A stretch of 61,869 nt of DNA, the filler included, from Parachlamydiales bacterium (GTDB lineage: Bacteria; Chlamydiota; Chlamydiia; Chlamydiales; Parachlamydiaceae), in the NCBI GenBank assembly GCA_020051075.1. It is 4 parts of 4 records of this genome, joined end to end, with 100 filler letters (N's around TTAATTAATTAA, not from the genome) between each part and the next. Parts side by side here need not be neighbours in the genome. Positions count along the whole stretch, not along the records: positions 43,608 to 57,841 come from JAGVJP010000023.1; positions 57,942 to 61,869 come from JAGVJP010000102.1; 2 more parts are not named here. The stretch is one strand, 5' to 3'. Shown piece by piece: positions 49,948-59,689 of the stretch; positions within the stretch are counted from its first letter, which is position 1, and each line of letters starts with the position of its first letter. Both the position numbers and the translations under genes were made by a program. The notes beneath the pieces were generated by a model that worked only from the letters and a program-made list of their open reading frames with translations, did no database searches and was not told the DNA's origin.

Positions 49948-50066
49948 CTTTGGTCCCTTAGGTCATTGTATTCCTTGTCTCTTGCGCAATTATCCCGATT
50001 TTCAGTATAACCGACATTCAACAACACAAATCATGTCGCTAAACAACAGTTACCCCAAGGTATTTT

Positions 50067-50900
50067 ATGGAGCAAACTCTCGCCTCTTTATGGACTCCCA
50101 TTAAACAGTTTGAAGATATTCGACTCGAAAGGAGCGAAGATGGGATTGCCAAAATCACCATCAACCGCCCTGAGGTGCGCAATGCGTTCCGCCCTGAGAC
50201 TGTTCAAGAGATGCAGCAGGCGTTTGAACTCTGCCGCAACGACCCTTCCATCGGCGTCATCATCTTGACGGGAGAGGGGCCTCATGCCTTCTGTTCAGGC
50301 GGGGACCAACGTGTGCGGAGCGATGCAGGCTATATCGGCGAAGACGGAGTCCCTCGCCTCAACGTCTTAGACCTGCAGAAGCAGATTCGCTCTCTGCCTA
50401 AGCCCGTGATCGCTATGGTTGCCGGCTATGCTATTGGCGGTGGACATGTCCTCCATATCGTTTGCGACTTGACCATCGCTGCAGACAACGCACGCTTTGG
50501 CCAGGTGGGCCCTCGTGTTGGCTCTTTCGATGGAGGACTCGGGAGCAGCTACCTCGCACGCATCGTCGGACAGAAGAAAGCGCGGGAAATCTGGTTTCTC
50601 TGCCGTCAATATAACGCTCAGGAAGCTTTGAAGATGGGGCTTGTCAACTGCGTTGTCCCTCTAGCTCAACTTGAAGAGGAAACTGTTAAATGGTGCCGTG
50701 AAATCCTTCAGCATTCTCCGCTTGCCTTACGCTGTTTAAAAGCATGCATGAATGCCGACTGCGATGGACAGGTCGGTTTGCTCGATTTAGCAGGCAATGC
50801 GACGCTCCTTTATTATATGACTGAAGAAGCTCAAGAAGGGAAAAATGCCTTTTTAGAGAAACGCAAACCAGATTTTAACCAATACCCACGTTTACCATAA
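50067..50900 (+). CDS. menB: 1,4-dihydroxy-2-naphthoyl-CoA synthase
   Basis: [43 protein letters not shown]. Confidence 0.97.
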   Translation: MEQTLASLWTPIKQFEDIRLERSEDGIAKITINRPEVRNAFRPETVQEMQQAFELCRNDPSIGVIILTGEGPHAFCSGGDQRVRSDAGYIGEDGVPRLNVLDLQKQIRSLPKPVIAMVAGYAIGGGHVLHIVCDLTIAADNARFGQVGPRVGSFDGGLGSSYLARIVGQKKAREIWFLCRQYNAQEALKMGLVNCVVPLAQLEEETVKWCREILQHSPLALRCLKACMNADCDGQVGLLDLAGNATLLYYMTEEAQEGKNAFLEKRKPDFNQYPRLP

Positions 50901-50901
50901 C

Positions 50902-51828
50902 ATGAGGAGTGCTATGCCTAACACAACCTTTTCTCCAGCGCAAGATGTCCCTAAGAAGGGGGCTTTGCTCTCTTGGTGGCTTGCCATCAGACCTAGAACA
51001 TTGTTGATTTCATTGGGTCCGATCCTGATTGGAACAGCTCTGGCCTCTTCTGACGCAGGGCAGATGAATTGGCTTCTCTCTATTTTCACTTTATTTGCAG
51101 CATTGGCCATTCAGATTGGGACCAACCTCATGAACGATGTCCTGGACTATCGTCATGCCAAAGATAAGGTCGATAAAATCCATTTGCAGCGTGCCAAATA
51201 TCTCGATGCCAACCAGTTCTTCCTCGGAGGATGCGTCAGCTTCTCCCTCGCTCTCCTTTTCGGCATCCCTCTGATGGTTGTAGGAGGGTGGCCACTCGTG
51301 GTCATTTTACTCTTATCCATCGCGTGCGGCTACCTCTACACGGGCGGTCCCTTTCCTTTTGCTTACGTTGGGATCAGCAATTTATTCATTTTGTTATTTT
51401 TCGGTTGTGTACTTACCGTTGCAACCTATTATCTGCAAACAGGGTTTCTCTCTATGCGAGCCCTTCTTGCTGGAGTGCAAATCGGCTTCCTCTCGATTGT
51501 TCCACATGCCATCAACAACCTTCGCGATCGTGTTGATGATGCTGTCGTCAATAAGAAAACGTTAGTTGTCCGTTTTGGCGAGCAGTTCGGTCGGTGGGAA
51601 ATCACCTTCTGCACTCTCTTCCCCTATGTATTAGGCCTCTACTGGATTGTTCAAGGTGATCTATGGATGGCTCTTCTACCTTGTTTAGCACTCCCTCTGA
51701 TGATTCGGAATCTGCGTGAAATCTGGAATCATCAGCCGTCGGATTCGTTCAATCAAAACTTGGCCATCAGCGCACTATGCCAGACGCTATTTGCCTCCCT
51801 CATGGCTTTCGGACACCTCATCGGATGA
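50902..51828 (+). CDS. menA: 1,4-dihydroxy-2-naphthoate prenyltransferase
   Basis: IRPRTL, QIGTNLMNDVLD, YTGGP, INNLRD...KKTLVVR; multiple TM helices. Confidence 0.9.
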   Translation: MRSAMPNTTFSPAQDVPKKGALLSWWLAIRPRTLLISLGPILIGTALASSDAGQMNWLLSIFTLFAALAIQIGTNLMNDVLDYRHAKDKVDKIHLQRAKYLDANQFFLGGCVSFSLALLFGIPLMVVGGWPLVVILLLSIACGYLYTGGPFPFAYVGISNLFILLFFGCVLTVATYYLQTGFLSMRALLAGVQIGFLSIVPHAINNLRDRVDDAVVNKKTLVVRFGEQFGRWEITFCTLFPYVLGLYWIVQGDLWMALLPCLALPLMIRNLREIWNHQPSDSFNQNLAISALCQTLFASLMAFGHLIG

Positions 51829-52781
51829 AAATCGCCTACGGTTACTACCAGCTTGATAGCAAATCCTCATTAAACGCCTGTTCGTCTTCCAAGAGTCGAA
51901 CAGGTGCTCTGCTGCGAGTTGTCTACGAGGATGGGAGGATAGGCTATGCTGACTGCCACCCTTGGCCGGAACTTGGAGATCTCCCCATTCAAGAGCAGCT
52001 TGCCTGTTTATTCAAAGGCCGGTGGACTCCTTTACTCGATCGGGCGTTTTTCTTTGCTCAAATTGATGCTGCAGCGCGTTCTAAGGCACATCATCTCCTT
52101 CAGTCGACACCCATTCCTGAGAGCCATTTCTTTATCGGCGACCTCATCCTCTGTTCTGTCGACCACCTGCTTCAAGCTGTTGCAGAAGGATTTACCCATG
52201 TCAAACTGAAGATGGGGAGAGATCTTCAAGCGGAGGCAGATCAATTGCTTGAGCTGTTCCCTCAACTCCCGCTCAAAATCCGCATAGACTTTAATGAAAG
52301 TTTAAATCTGACTCAGTTTACCCATTTTTTAGATCGGATCGCCCCTCTTAAATATCACATCGATTTCATTGAAGATCCCATCCCTTTTCAGGTTGACCTT
52401 TGGGAGGGATTCCAGCAGCAAGGATGGACGTTAGCTTGCGACAGACATGCCGCAACAGCTTGCTGTCAGCCTCATGCTGCTTCTGTCCTCATCATCAAAC
52501 CAGCGATTCATGGTCCGGAACTCTATCTCAAAGAAACGTCGCAAAGAAAAATTATCACAACAAACTTGGGCCATCCCATCGAACAGGTCGCTGCGGCCTA
52601 TATCTGCTCATGCGTCGATCCGCATTGCCTCGACACGCATGGTCTTCTTTCGCATCGGGCTTACCGCCCCACTCTCTTCAGTTCCCAACTCAATTGGCGT
52701 GGTCCGCAATTCACTCGGCCTAAGGGAACAGGTTGTGGATTCAATGATGAACTCGCTGTCTTGCCTTGGGAGGAATTCTGA
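51825..52781 (+). CDS. menC: o-succinylbenzoate synthase (enolase superfamily)
   Basis: KLK, RIDFN, FIEDP, ACD, IIKP; in men operon; ATG overlaps the menA stop. Confidence 0.8.
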   Translation: MKIAYGYYQLDSKSSLNACSSSKSRTGALLRVVYEDGRIGYADCHPWPELGDLPIQEQLACLFKGRWTPLLDRAFFFAQIDAAARSKAHHLLQSTPIPESHFFIGDLILCSVDHLLQAVAEGFTHVKLKMGRDLQAEADQLLELFPQLPLKIRIDFNESLNLTQFTHFLDRIAPLKYHIDFIEDPIPFQVDLWEGFQQQGWTLACDRHAATACCQPHAASVLIIKPAIHGPELYLKETSQRKIITTNLGHPIEQVAAAYICSCVDPHCLDTHGLLSHRAYRPTLFSSQLNWRGPQFTRPKGTGCGFNDELAVLPWEEF

Positions 52782-53911
52782 TGCAGATTGATTGGGAGGG
52801 GGATGGCTCAGCGGTGTTGGCGAATCCTGCCTATTCTTCTGAAGAGAAAGCTCGGTTTGACCAGATCGTCAGATTGACGGCATCGATCCATCCCGCTCAC
52901 CTCTGGCTAGCGACTTCTGGATCCACCGTGCAGAAATGGGTCGGACTTTCCAAAAAGGCGATTCTAGCTTCTGCAACAGCCGTCAATGCCCATCTTGAAA
53001 GCGATCACACCGATCGTTGGGTGCAGACGCTGCCGACCTTCCATGTTGGGGGTTTGGGAATTTTGGCGCGCGCTTATTTGTCAGGGGCTGCTGTCTATGA
53101 CTTGAAAAGCGCACATCCGGGAAAATGGCAGCCGGAACACTTTTTCGGCTTCCTCGCCGAAACTAAAGGGACTTTAACCAGCCTCGTCCCGGCTCAGCTG
53201 CACGACTTGGTGCTGCTGCAAAGGCATGCGCCGCCATCACTCCGTGCTGTCGTCATTGGAGGGGGGCAGCTGCAGGAAAGGCTCTATCGGCAAGCTATGG
53301 CGCTGGGGTGGCCAGTGCTGCCGAGTTATGGCATGACCGAATGCGCCTCTCAGATTGCCACCGCACCCCTTGGCTGGATCGAAGATTCTTACCCACCTTT
53401 GAAGCTCCTCTCCCATCTTGAAGGGGAGGAACGGGAGGGTCGGCTCCGTTTTCGTGGAGCCTCGCTATTGAGTGCTTATGCATTGGCTGCTGAGGGCGAA
53501 ATCACCGTCTCCGACCCGAAAGAAGCGGGGTGGCTGACCACAGAAGACCGTGGAAACATCCACGAAGGAGTGGTCACGATTCTTGGACGTGCAGGCGGCT
53601 TGATTAAAATTGGAGGCGAAAATGTCGATGTGGATCGTTTGGAAGCGAATTTTCAGCAGCTCAAAGATCAACTCGGCGTCGACATCGACGCGACGTTAGT
53701 GCCTGTGCCCGACGAGCGGCTAGGCTTCACCATCCACCTCGCCGCTGTTCAAGGCGATGACAGCTCGCTTGAGCAATTGATTCAACGTTTCAATGCCATC
53801 GTCCTCCCTTTTGAGCGGATACGCGGCTGCCGATTTGTCTCACACCTTCCTCGATCGCCATTGGGGAAAATCATCAGAAGCGCACTTCTTAAGTTGTTTG
53901 TTTTAAATTAA
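52781..53911 (+). CDS. menE: o-succinylbenzoate-CoA ligase
   Basis: ATSGST, FHVGG, SYGMTE, TEDRG, IKIGGENV, LGKI. Confidence 0.85.
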   Translation: MQIDWEGDGSAVLANPAYSSEEKARFDQIVRLTASIHPAHLWLATSGSTVQKWVGLSKKAILASATAVNAHLESDHTDRWVQTLPTFHVGGLGILARAYLSGAAVYDLKSAHPGKWQPEHFFGFLAETKGTLTSLVPAQLHDLVLLQRHAPPSLRAVVIGGGQLQERLYRQAMALGWPVLPSYGMTECASQIATAPLGWIEDSYPPLKLLSHLEGEEREGRLRFRGASLLSAYALAAEGEITVSDPKEAGWLTTEDRGNIHEGVVTILGRAGGLIKIGGENVDVDRLEANFQQLKDQLGVDIDATLVPVPDERLGFTIHLAAVQGDDSSLEQLIQRFNAIVLPFERIRGCRFVSHLPRSPLGKIIRSALLKLFVLN

Positions 53912-54054
53912 TTAAAAATATTAAATCTTTGTTTTTTGTTGAAAAATCTAAAACGGTCAATTTTAGATTGACAAGAATTTATCCGAATAGTTTATTAGTG
54001 TTATTAATAGTTTTTGAATTTCGTGATTTACCCTTAAAAATCAGGAGTTTTGTT

Positions 54055-54896
54055 ATGGCCGCTGGATCTTCAACACCAATTTTATCTGGATCTCCAACAC
54101 CAATTTTATATTTTGCAACAGGAGATTCAAGCTCATTTCAAAATGTTGATTAATAGAGTGCCAACACGTAGCACAAATTGTAAGATCACTATATTTGCGC
54201 ATAGCCATGGTGCTGCTGTAACATACAAGGCACTTTCATTATTGACAGATGCGGAGCGTCAAAGATTGCATGTGATGACTTTTGGTGCAGGAACATTCAT
54301 TCCCGAGACCATCCCTCAAACTTATTCATGTTATAATTATTTGCATACGGAGGATTATATCAGCAGATTAGCAAATACAGATTTGCGACCTTATCTTTCA
54401 TCTACTCGGTCAGCAGTTGATGGCTTAAAGATAGATGAAACTCTCCTTGAAGATGCTCCGAATGTCATTATAGGGCTTCTTGTTCCTTGTATTGGTTGCT
54501 TTAATCTATTTAAAGAGGTCGTTGGGTTACCCTTATCGCAGCCAGAATTGGCATTCAATATCCAAGCGATGCTGCATAGCAATTTATCTTTGGAAGGAGC
54601 CACCATCGATAAGGAAAAAGCTTTGTGCCGGGCTTTAGTTTGTGAGGCCATTATCGCAGAAAATCAAAAAGGACTGCATCAAATAGATGAGACATATTCT
54701 GCAGAAAGTCGTGAGTTGTCGGAATGTAAGGGGTGAAGAAAATCCTAGAAAGTACAATATTATACCTCTGCCGTGGGGCACTGGGGAGTTGCCCGAAGCT
54801 CTGGCTGATCAGATTAAGATTATCCATTCTTCTCATTCGATAGACTCTTATTTAGTAACTTTTAGAGAGCAAATCACGGATTTGCGTGTCAGGTGA
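54055..54896 (+). pseudogene. Frameshifted alpha/beta-hydrolase-like gene
   Basis: AGGAG RBS and ATG 54055 open a frame that stops at 54153; AHSHG...VMTFG...HTEDYI lies in a second frame; HSIDSY tail in a third segment (54687-54896). Confidence 0.55.
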
Positions 54897-55014
54897 AAGT
54901 CACTGAACGTTAAAGTTTTGAAAGAAATCTAATGTTGATTTTTGAATTTCAAGCAGGCAAAATATTGTAATTTAATACGGTCTTTTTGACTCTATTTATC
55001 ATATCAGTTAGCTC

Positions 55015-56322
55015 TTAAGTTGCTAGCAACCATTTCCAAACAGGTTGAATTATTATTTTGAATGTTTTTCCGTGTTTTTCAATCGTCAGCTGGTTCTCTT
55101 CTTCTAGTGTGAGGATCAGTCCCTCTTGCAAATTGTATTGATCCATTGCTTCGATCAACCCCTCAACTTCACGTTGTTTTGTTTCTTCAAGGGATAGATT
55201 TGAGCAAACTTGAATTGCTGAAATGATTTCCAAATCTCTCTTTACAATGAAATCACATTCTTTCTTTTCTTTGTGATAATAAATTTCATGTTTCCGACGC
55301 TTTAATTCAGAGAAGACTATATTTTCAAGAATACGCCCTTGATTTTGGGAGAAGCTAAATGAGATCGCTCCAGCCAATCCAACATCAACAATGTATGCTT
55401 TTTTATCATAACTATGCTGGGTCTTAAGGGAGTAATCAAATCGATGAATGATATCAAACAAGTAGACTTCTTGCAAGTAAGAGATGTAATCGGAAACGGT
55501 TTGTTGGTTGATGTTCAAAAATTGAGAAATGTTTCTGTAACTAAACGTTTTCGAGATATTTGAAGCTAAATAAATGCCAAGATCTTTGATCTTTGATGCC
55601 TTAACGTCATAACGGGAAGCGATATCTTTATAGATGAAATCTTCATAATAATTTTGAAGAAGCTCGATCTTATAAGACTCTCTGAGGACAACTGCTGGAA
55701 ATGCCCCATATTTAAGAAATTCAGAGAATAGGCTTTTGACATGGGCCTGTTTTTCTAAAGACAATGGCAATGCTGTGAATGCAAAGTGATGGAATGACAG
55801 GAATTCGGCAAAAGAGAGGGGAGCGATGCTGATGGTGAGGTTTCTTCCAGTTAAGATTTCAGCATAATCTTTTTTGATTAATTTGGAATTAGATCCGCTG
55901 ATCCATATCTGTTCCAGCTTTTTCCCATCGTACATTTTTCTGACAAAATGGACCCATTCTTTGCAGTTTTGCACTTCGTCAAGAACGAGATAGTCAATAC
56001 CGGATTTCTCTAGGAAGCAATAATAAATTTCGGAGAGAGTGTATTTTGAAAGGACTTCGTCTTGGAAATTTATGTATAACACCCGTTTATTGTCATTTAA
56101 TCCCGCTTTGATCACTTGATATAGCAACGTGCTTTTCCCAACTCGCCGAGCTCCAACCAGAATTTTGATTTCTTCAATTTTGAGGTAGGATAGGATATGA
56201 TAGTTTCGTTGTATTCCCAAAAGGCTGACGGGGAAATCCTCTTCTAACCAGGGATTCCATTCTAACAATGCTTGAAAAATTTCTTGGTTCATGATATTTC
56301 TTGGAAAAATGTATGGTTGCAA
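55015..56322 (-). CDS. ATP-binding protein (AAA_14 + DUF4143-type)
   Basis: GARRVGKST, LDEVQ, ISGSN, LTGR, YGAFP, KAYIVDVG, LENIVF, ECDF, AIQV. Confidence 0.9.
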   Translation of the reverse strand: MQPYIFPRNIMNQEIFQALLEWNPWLEEDFPVSLLGIQRNYHILSYLKIEEIKILVGARRVGKSTLLYQVIKAGLNDNKRVLYINFQDEVLSKYTLSEIYYCFLEKSGIDYLVLDEVQNCKEWVHFVRKMYDGKKLEQIWISGSNSKLIKKDYAEILTGRNLTISIAPLSFAEFLSFHHFAFTALPLSLEKQAHVKSLFSEFLKYGAFPAVVLRESYKIELLQNYYEDFIYKDIASRYDVKASKIKDLGIYLASNISKTFSYRNISQFLNINQQTVSDYISYLQEVYLFDIIHRFDYSLKTQHSYDKKAYIVDVGLAGAISFSFSQNQGRILENIVFSELKRRKHEIYYHKEKKECDFIVKRDLEIISAIQVCSNLSLEETKQREVEGLIEAMDQYNLQEGLILTLEEENQLTIEKHGKTFKIIIQPVWKWLLAT

Positions 56323-56385
56323 TAAGACAATTGTCTAAATATTATCATACTGCACTACGATATTTATTGTCAACCCATGTCTTTC

Positions 56386-56859
56386 AGGTTACCCGCTATT
56401 GACGGCAAAAAAGTTGAGGGGGCATTGCGAGCGATTCCGTCTTGGTGATGCCAAATTCAACAACGCTCTCTATCCAATTTGATGCAGATCATCCAGGTGT
56501 TTGACCGATTCATTGTCATGTTCTTTATCTTGTGATCTGGGATGGAGGGTAAGGAGAACATATCCATCAAGAAATTCAAACTCTTCTAACCCTTTCCCTC
56601 TTTGGAAATGATCAAATATCTTCTTGAAAGCAGGGCGAATACCATTGGGATCCACTTCATCCAGTCTGTACAAATCGTGCAAGTTCTTGGCTATGACCTC
56701 TGTTGAGCGCTTATTGTCATAATCGAGCAATGAAGAGCATTTCAAGCCAAAGACAGCAAGGCCGGCCATGCAGTGATCGACGATTGGAACGATTGTAGGT
56801 TTGGTGAATGAGCGAGGATCTGGAATTTTTGAAAAGATTTTGTAAATACTACTGAGCAT
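56386..56859 (-). mobile_element. Truncated, internally deleted IS transposase remnant
   Basis: KIPDPR...DHCMAGLAVFGLKCSSLLDYD...LDEVDP...FQRGKGLE resembles a DDE transposase N-terminus; no catalytic core; left boundary is a guessed IS end. Confidence 0.65.
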
Positions 56860-56962
56860 ACCTGGTGCGCTGATTGTGTGAATAGTTGTTAACTTTATTT
56901 TTATAATTACTTAAAAATAACAGAGTACAATTAAGGTGTATAATAAAACTATGGAGGTTCTG

Positions 56963-57655
56963 ATGGCATCGAATCTAAACCCAATAACCCCAACAGTCTG
57001 GGAGCAAACATTACAACAAGCCGTTGACTCTCGCCATGGGCGTCAGCCTCATCAATATATTGTCAGAGACAGCAATGGAACGTTGTCAGTAACAGCCAAT
57101 CCAAGGACTGATCAGCAAAAACTTACAATTCGAGACATTATAGAGGAAACAAAAGCCAGCCTCAGGGAAAGTGCTCAAAAGAAACAGTTTTTGGAGGAGC
57201 CAAGTATAGTTGATGTGGCGAATAATATCAAAGCTTGTACTAAAGAATTAATTGATGCTCGGGCGGAAAAAGGAATACACAACTCTCCTCGAATGATAGC
57301 AAAATTCTTTTCTGCGCTTGGATGCCTCGCTCTAATCGGCATTCCTTTTTTCAGAGCATTGCTCAAGGGAGATAGGGAATTTAAGGCGCAAGCAGCAGCG
57401 TTGAAAGCAGAAATAGATAATCCAAATCCAGCAGCTTCAGAAGTGCTAAAGCTTCGGCATGATTACACACGAGTAGAGATGGGATTAGCTGGACAAAGAG
57501 AGATGCTTGAATTCATTCGTTCAAACGAAGCAAACAACCCAAAAAGATTGAAGGAGCTCGTCGATGACCAACAAAGTAGGATCGACAGATCTGAAGCGGA
57601 ACTCGAAAGTATTCGCAAGCGGTTAGCAGAGCATGGGGAACTGCCTCCTAAATAG
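56963..57655 (+). CDS. Hypothetical protein with central hydrophobic segment and coiled coil (Inc/effector-like)
   Basis: GGAGG RBS; IAKFFSALGCLALIGIPFF followed by a heptad-rich C-terminus. Confidence 0.65.
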   Translation: MASNLNPITPTVWEQTLQQAVDSRHGRQPHQYIVRDSNGTLSVTANPRTDQQKLTIRDIIEETKASLRESAQKKQFLEEPSIVDVANNIKACTKELIDARAEKGIHNSPRMIAKFFSALGCLALIGIPFFRALLKGDREFKAQAAALKAEIDNPNPAASEVLKLRHDYTRVEMGLAGQREMLEFIRSNEANNPKRLKELVDDQQSRIDRSEAELESIRKRLAEHGELPPK

Positions 57656-57748
57656 GTGCCCTATCTGGAGGATTAGAATCTTTGATAGAATAAGCAGAGG
57701 CTATGAAAAATTCATGGCCTCTCTTTCTCTACCCATCCTCCTTTATCC

Positions 57749-57841
57749 CATACGCATCAGTTGCTATGCTGGATTTCGAGTCGATCTTATAAAGATCTTT
57801 CTTGAAAAAGAGCGAACACTCCAATTAATGTGTTTATTCAC
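57749..57841. repeat. Inverted copy of 14-106, truncated at the gap
   Basis: catacgcatcagttgctatgctggatttcgagtcg...gtttattcac. Confidence 0.8.
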
Positions 57842-57941
57842 NNNNNNNNNNNNNNNNNNNNNNNNNNNNNNNNNNNNNNNNNNNNTTAATTAATTAANNN
57901 NNNNNNNNNNNNNNNNNNNNNNNNNNNNNNNNNNNNNNNNN
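57842..57941. other. Artificial contig linker
   Basis: N-run with TTAATTAATTAA. Confidence 0.95.
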
Positions 57942-58025
57942 AAAAGAAAACGAAATTTTTGGTTATCATGGTTTTTCAGTCATCGGTCATTGTGATCGAT
58001 TAAATTATGGAAAATCGAAGATTAT

Positions 58026-58181
58026 TGAGAAAAGAATGATATTGGAAGTTACCTAGAAGCTCTAGCTGCATGGGTAAGTAGTATGGAAGGCTATTACAAA
58101 CATTTTGAGTTGCTGGTACCCGAAAAACCGAACTGGCAATTGATGGCTGATATGCTCGACGCTGCGAGATTTTACGATTAG
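58026..58181 (+). pseudogene. Decayed inverted paralog of the 60459..61016 repeat domain
   Basis: *EKNDIGSYLEALAAWVSSMEGYYKHFELLVPEKPNWQLMADMLDAARFYD*; TGA at the conserved Trp position; absent from the ORF track. Confidence 0.8.
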
Positions 58182-58258
58182 ATGGAATAGGAGGTGTCTA
58201 TAACAACGAAAGACAGCCAAGAAAGACATGGTTGCTATAAATGACGAAATGATTGACA

Positions 58259-58540
58259 TCAGAATAAATGAGAGAAAAATAGATAAGGAATCTCCTCCGG
58301 GAGCGGAGATCTAACAAATTTTGCGAATTCTATCGAAGAAGCCCCAAATTTTTCAAAGTTTCTCCGAGCCTCGTTCAAGCTTTCTTGATTGGCTCCTCCC
58401 TTAAATTCTGGATTGTTATATTGGAAATCATCATCTTCCCAAAAACAAACCGGACAAATTTCAAATGTCCCGCCATAGGGTTCAGATAACGTCAAGAAGC
58501 GGCAACAAGGGCTAGCGTAATTTTCATCTTTTTGTTTCAT
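58259..58540 (-). CDS. CPCC-type cysteine-rich protein (immunity-locus associated)
   Basis: SPCC...TL...FEICPVCFWEDD...GGAN..SLNEARRNF. Confidence 0.8.
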   Translation of the reverse strand: MKQKDENYASPCCRFLTLSEPYGGTFEICPVCFWEDDDFQYNNPEFKGGANQESLNEARRNFEKFGASSIEFAKFVRSPLPEEIPYLFFSHLF

Positions 58541-58770
58541 GTTAGTTCTTGTCTAGAAGTAAGCTTTGATTTTGCTTCAATTAATGCATGAATTGCAGTG
58601 GAAAAATCAATTTGCCATGGTTGACCGTCAGGACGGGGATAAAATTCGATTTCAAGGACCGAACGCTCCTGATTGATTTCGGCCCATTGTACGTCGCCAA
58701 AAAAAATTTCTGCAACCAATTTGTTCCTGTCAGGTGGACTCGACAGGTAGATACGGTATTTCCCTAACAT
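58537..58770 (-). CDS. Small hypothetical protein, probable immunity protein
   Basis: SSPPDRNKLVAEIFFGDVQWAEINQE; embedded in the array. Confidence 0.6.
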   Translation of the reverse strand: MLGKYRIYLSSPPDRNKLVAEIFFGDVQWAEINQERSVLEIEFYPRPDGQPWQIDFSTAIHALIEAKSKLTSRQELT

Positions 58771-58802
58771 ATAAAACGCTTCCGTAGAGGGTTTTTGGAT
58801 AA

Positions 58803-59123
58803 CTATGGATAAACAGAATCGCTTTCTTCCACCCAATGACGGAAAATTTTAAGCACTAACGTCAGATTGGAAGGACTGCAAGAAACATCGAAGCGATTAT
58901 CTTTTTTCTGACAGTAATACCAATCTGATTCATTTGCCTCGTAGGTGACGTTCTCAAAATCAAGCTCTTCACATTCTGTTCCAGTTAAATCTATCGTCAC
59001 ATACCAGCCAGGATTATCCACTGTTTTGATATTGATGCCGAATTCATGTTCCCAATCGCCATCACACTGTAAATGATACCAGCCTTGCAGCCAGTCAAAA
59101 ACGTTATTTGTTTTTATCATCAT
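58803..59123 (-). CDS. Immunity protein 53 (Imm53) family
   Basis: WLQGWYHLQCDGDWEHEFGINIKTVDNPGW; AAGGAG RBS. Confidence 0.85.
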   Translation of the reverse strand: MMIKTNNVFDWLQGWYHLQCDGDWEHEFGINIKTVDNPGWYVTIDLTGTECEELDFENVTYEANESDWYYCQKKDNRFDVSCSPSNLTLVLKIFRHWVEESDSVYP

Positions 59124-59218
59124 GGTAACTCCTTGGTTCAGTTCTGTGAAAAAGACAGAATGATTTTCTTGCATTTATCATCTTGAATTCATTTGTTTCC
59201 ATCAACGAATCTCTAACA

Positions 59219-59491
59219 CTATTCCAGAGGTTTGATGTTATTCAACTGTTTTTTTAAGGACCAATTGTCAGGCTTTTTCTTAGGTTGAAACCATGTATCA
59301 CTATTCTTCAACCACTCCGTTCTGTAAGCTTGTATTGCATTGAGTTGACAGTCTTCATAACCGAACTCTGCACCACAACAAGGACAAATGTCATAACTGG
59401 GCGATTGTCCATCTTCACCCCATGGCGGCTCTTCTTGTTGTAGACAGCAAATTCGACAAAAAAGGGATTGTTGTTGTTGCTCACTGTCCAT
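59219..59491 (-). CDS. Cys-rich small protein, probable immunity protein
   Basis: CRIC...PPWGEDG..PSYDICPCCGAEFGYED...YRTEW. Confidence 0.7.
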   Translation of the reverse strand: MDSEQQQQSLFCRICCLQQEEPPWGEDGQSPSYDICPCCGAEFGYEDCQLNAIQAYRTEWLKNSDTWFQPKKKPDNWSLKKQLNNIKPLE

Positions 59492-59500
59492 AAAAATAAT

Positions 59501-59647
59501 CTAAATTGTTAGCCAATGTTGCTGGCCTTCGCATGCGGTCAAATTTAAAAACTCTAAATGGCCCATCAAATGTAATGCTTCATTCTTTGTTAAAAAAATA
59601 GAGATGTCGGTTAAACTCCGATTTGATTCGTTATCTAATATATGCAT
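59501..59647 (-). pseudogene. 48-aa ORF, probably a truncated immunity-type gene
   Basis: MHILDNESNRSLTDISIFLTKNEALHLMGHLEFL...; fills the gap in the co-oriented array; below the ORF-track cutoff. Confidence 0.45.
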
Positions 59648-59689
59648 ATCTACCATTTCCAATTCATCTTTAGGAAGCAATTTTGAATT

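Noticed and set aside
55015..56322. ATPase as a defined anti-phage system
   Set aside because: Common stand-alone AAA_14/DUF4143-type gene with no partner gene; no support for a specific system
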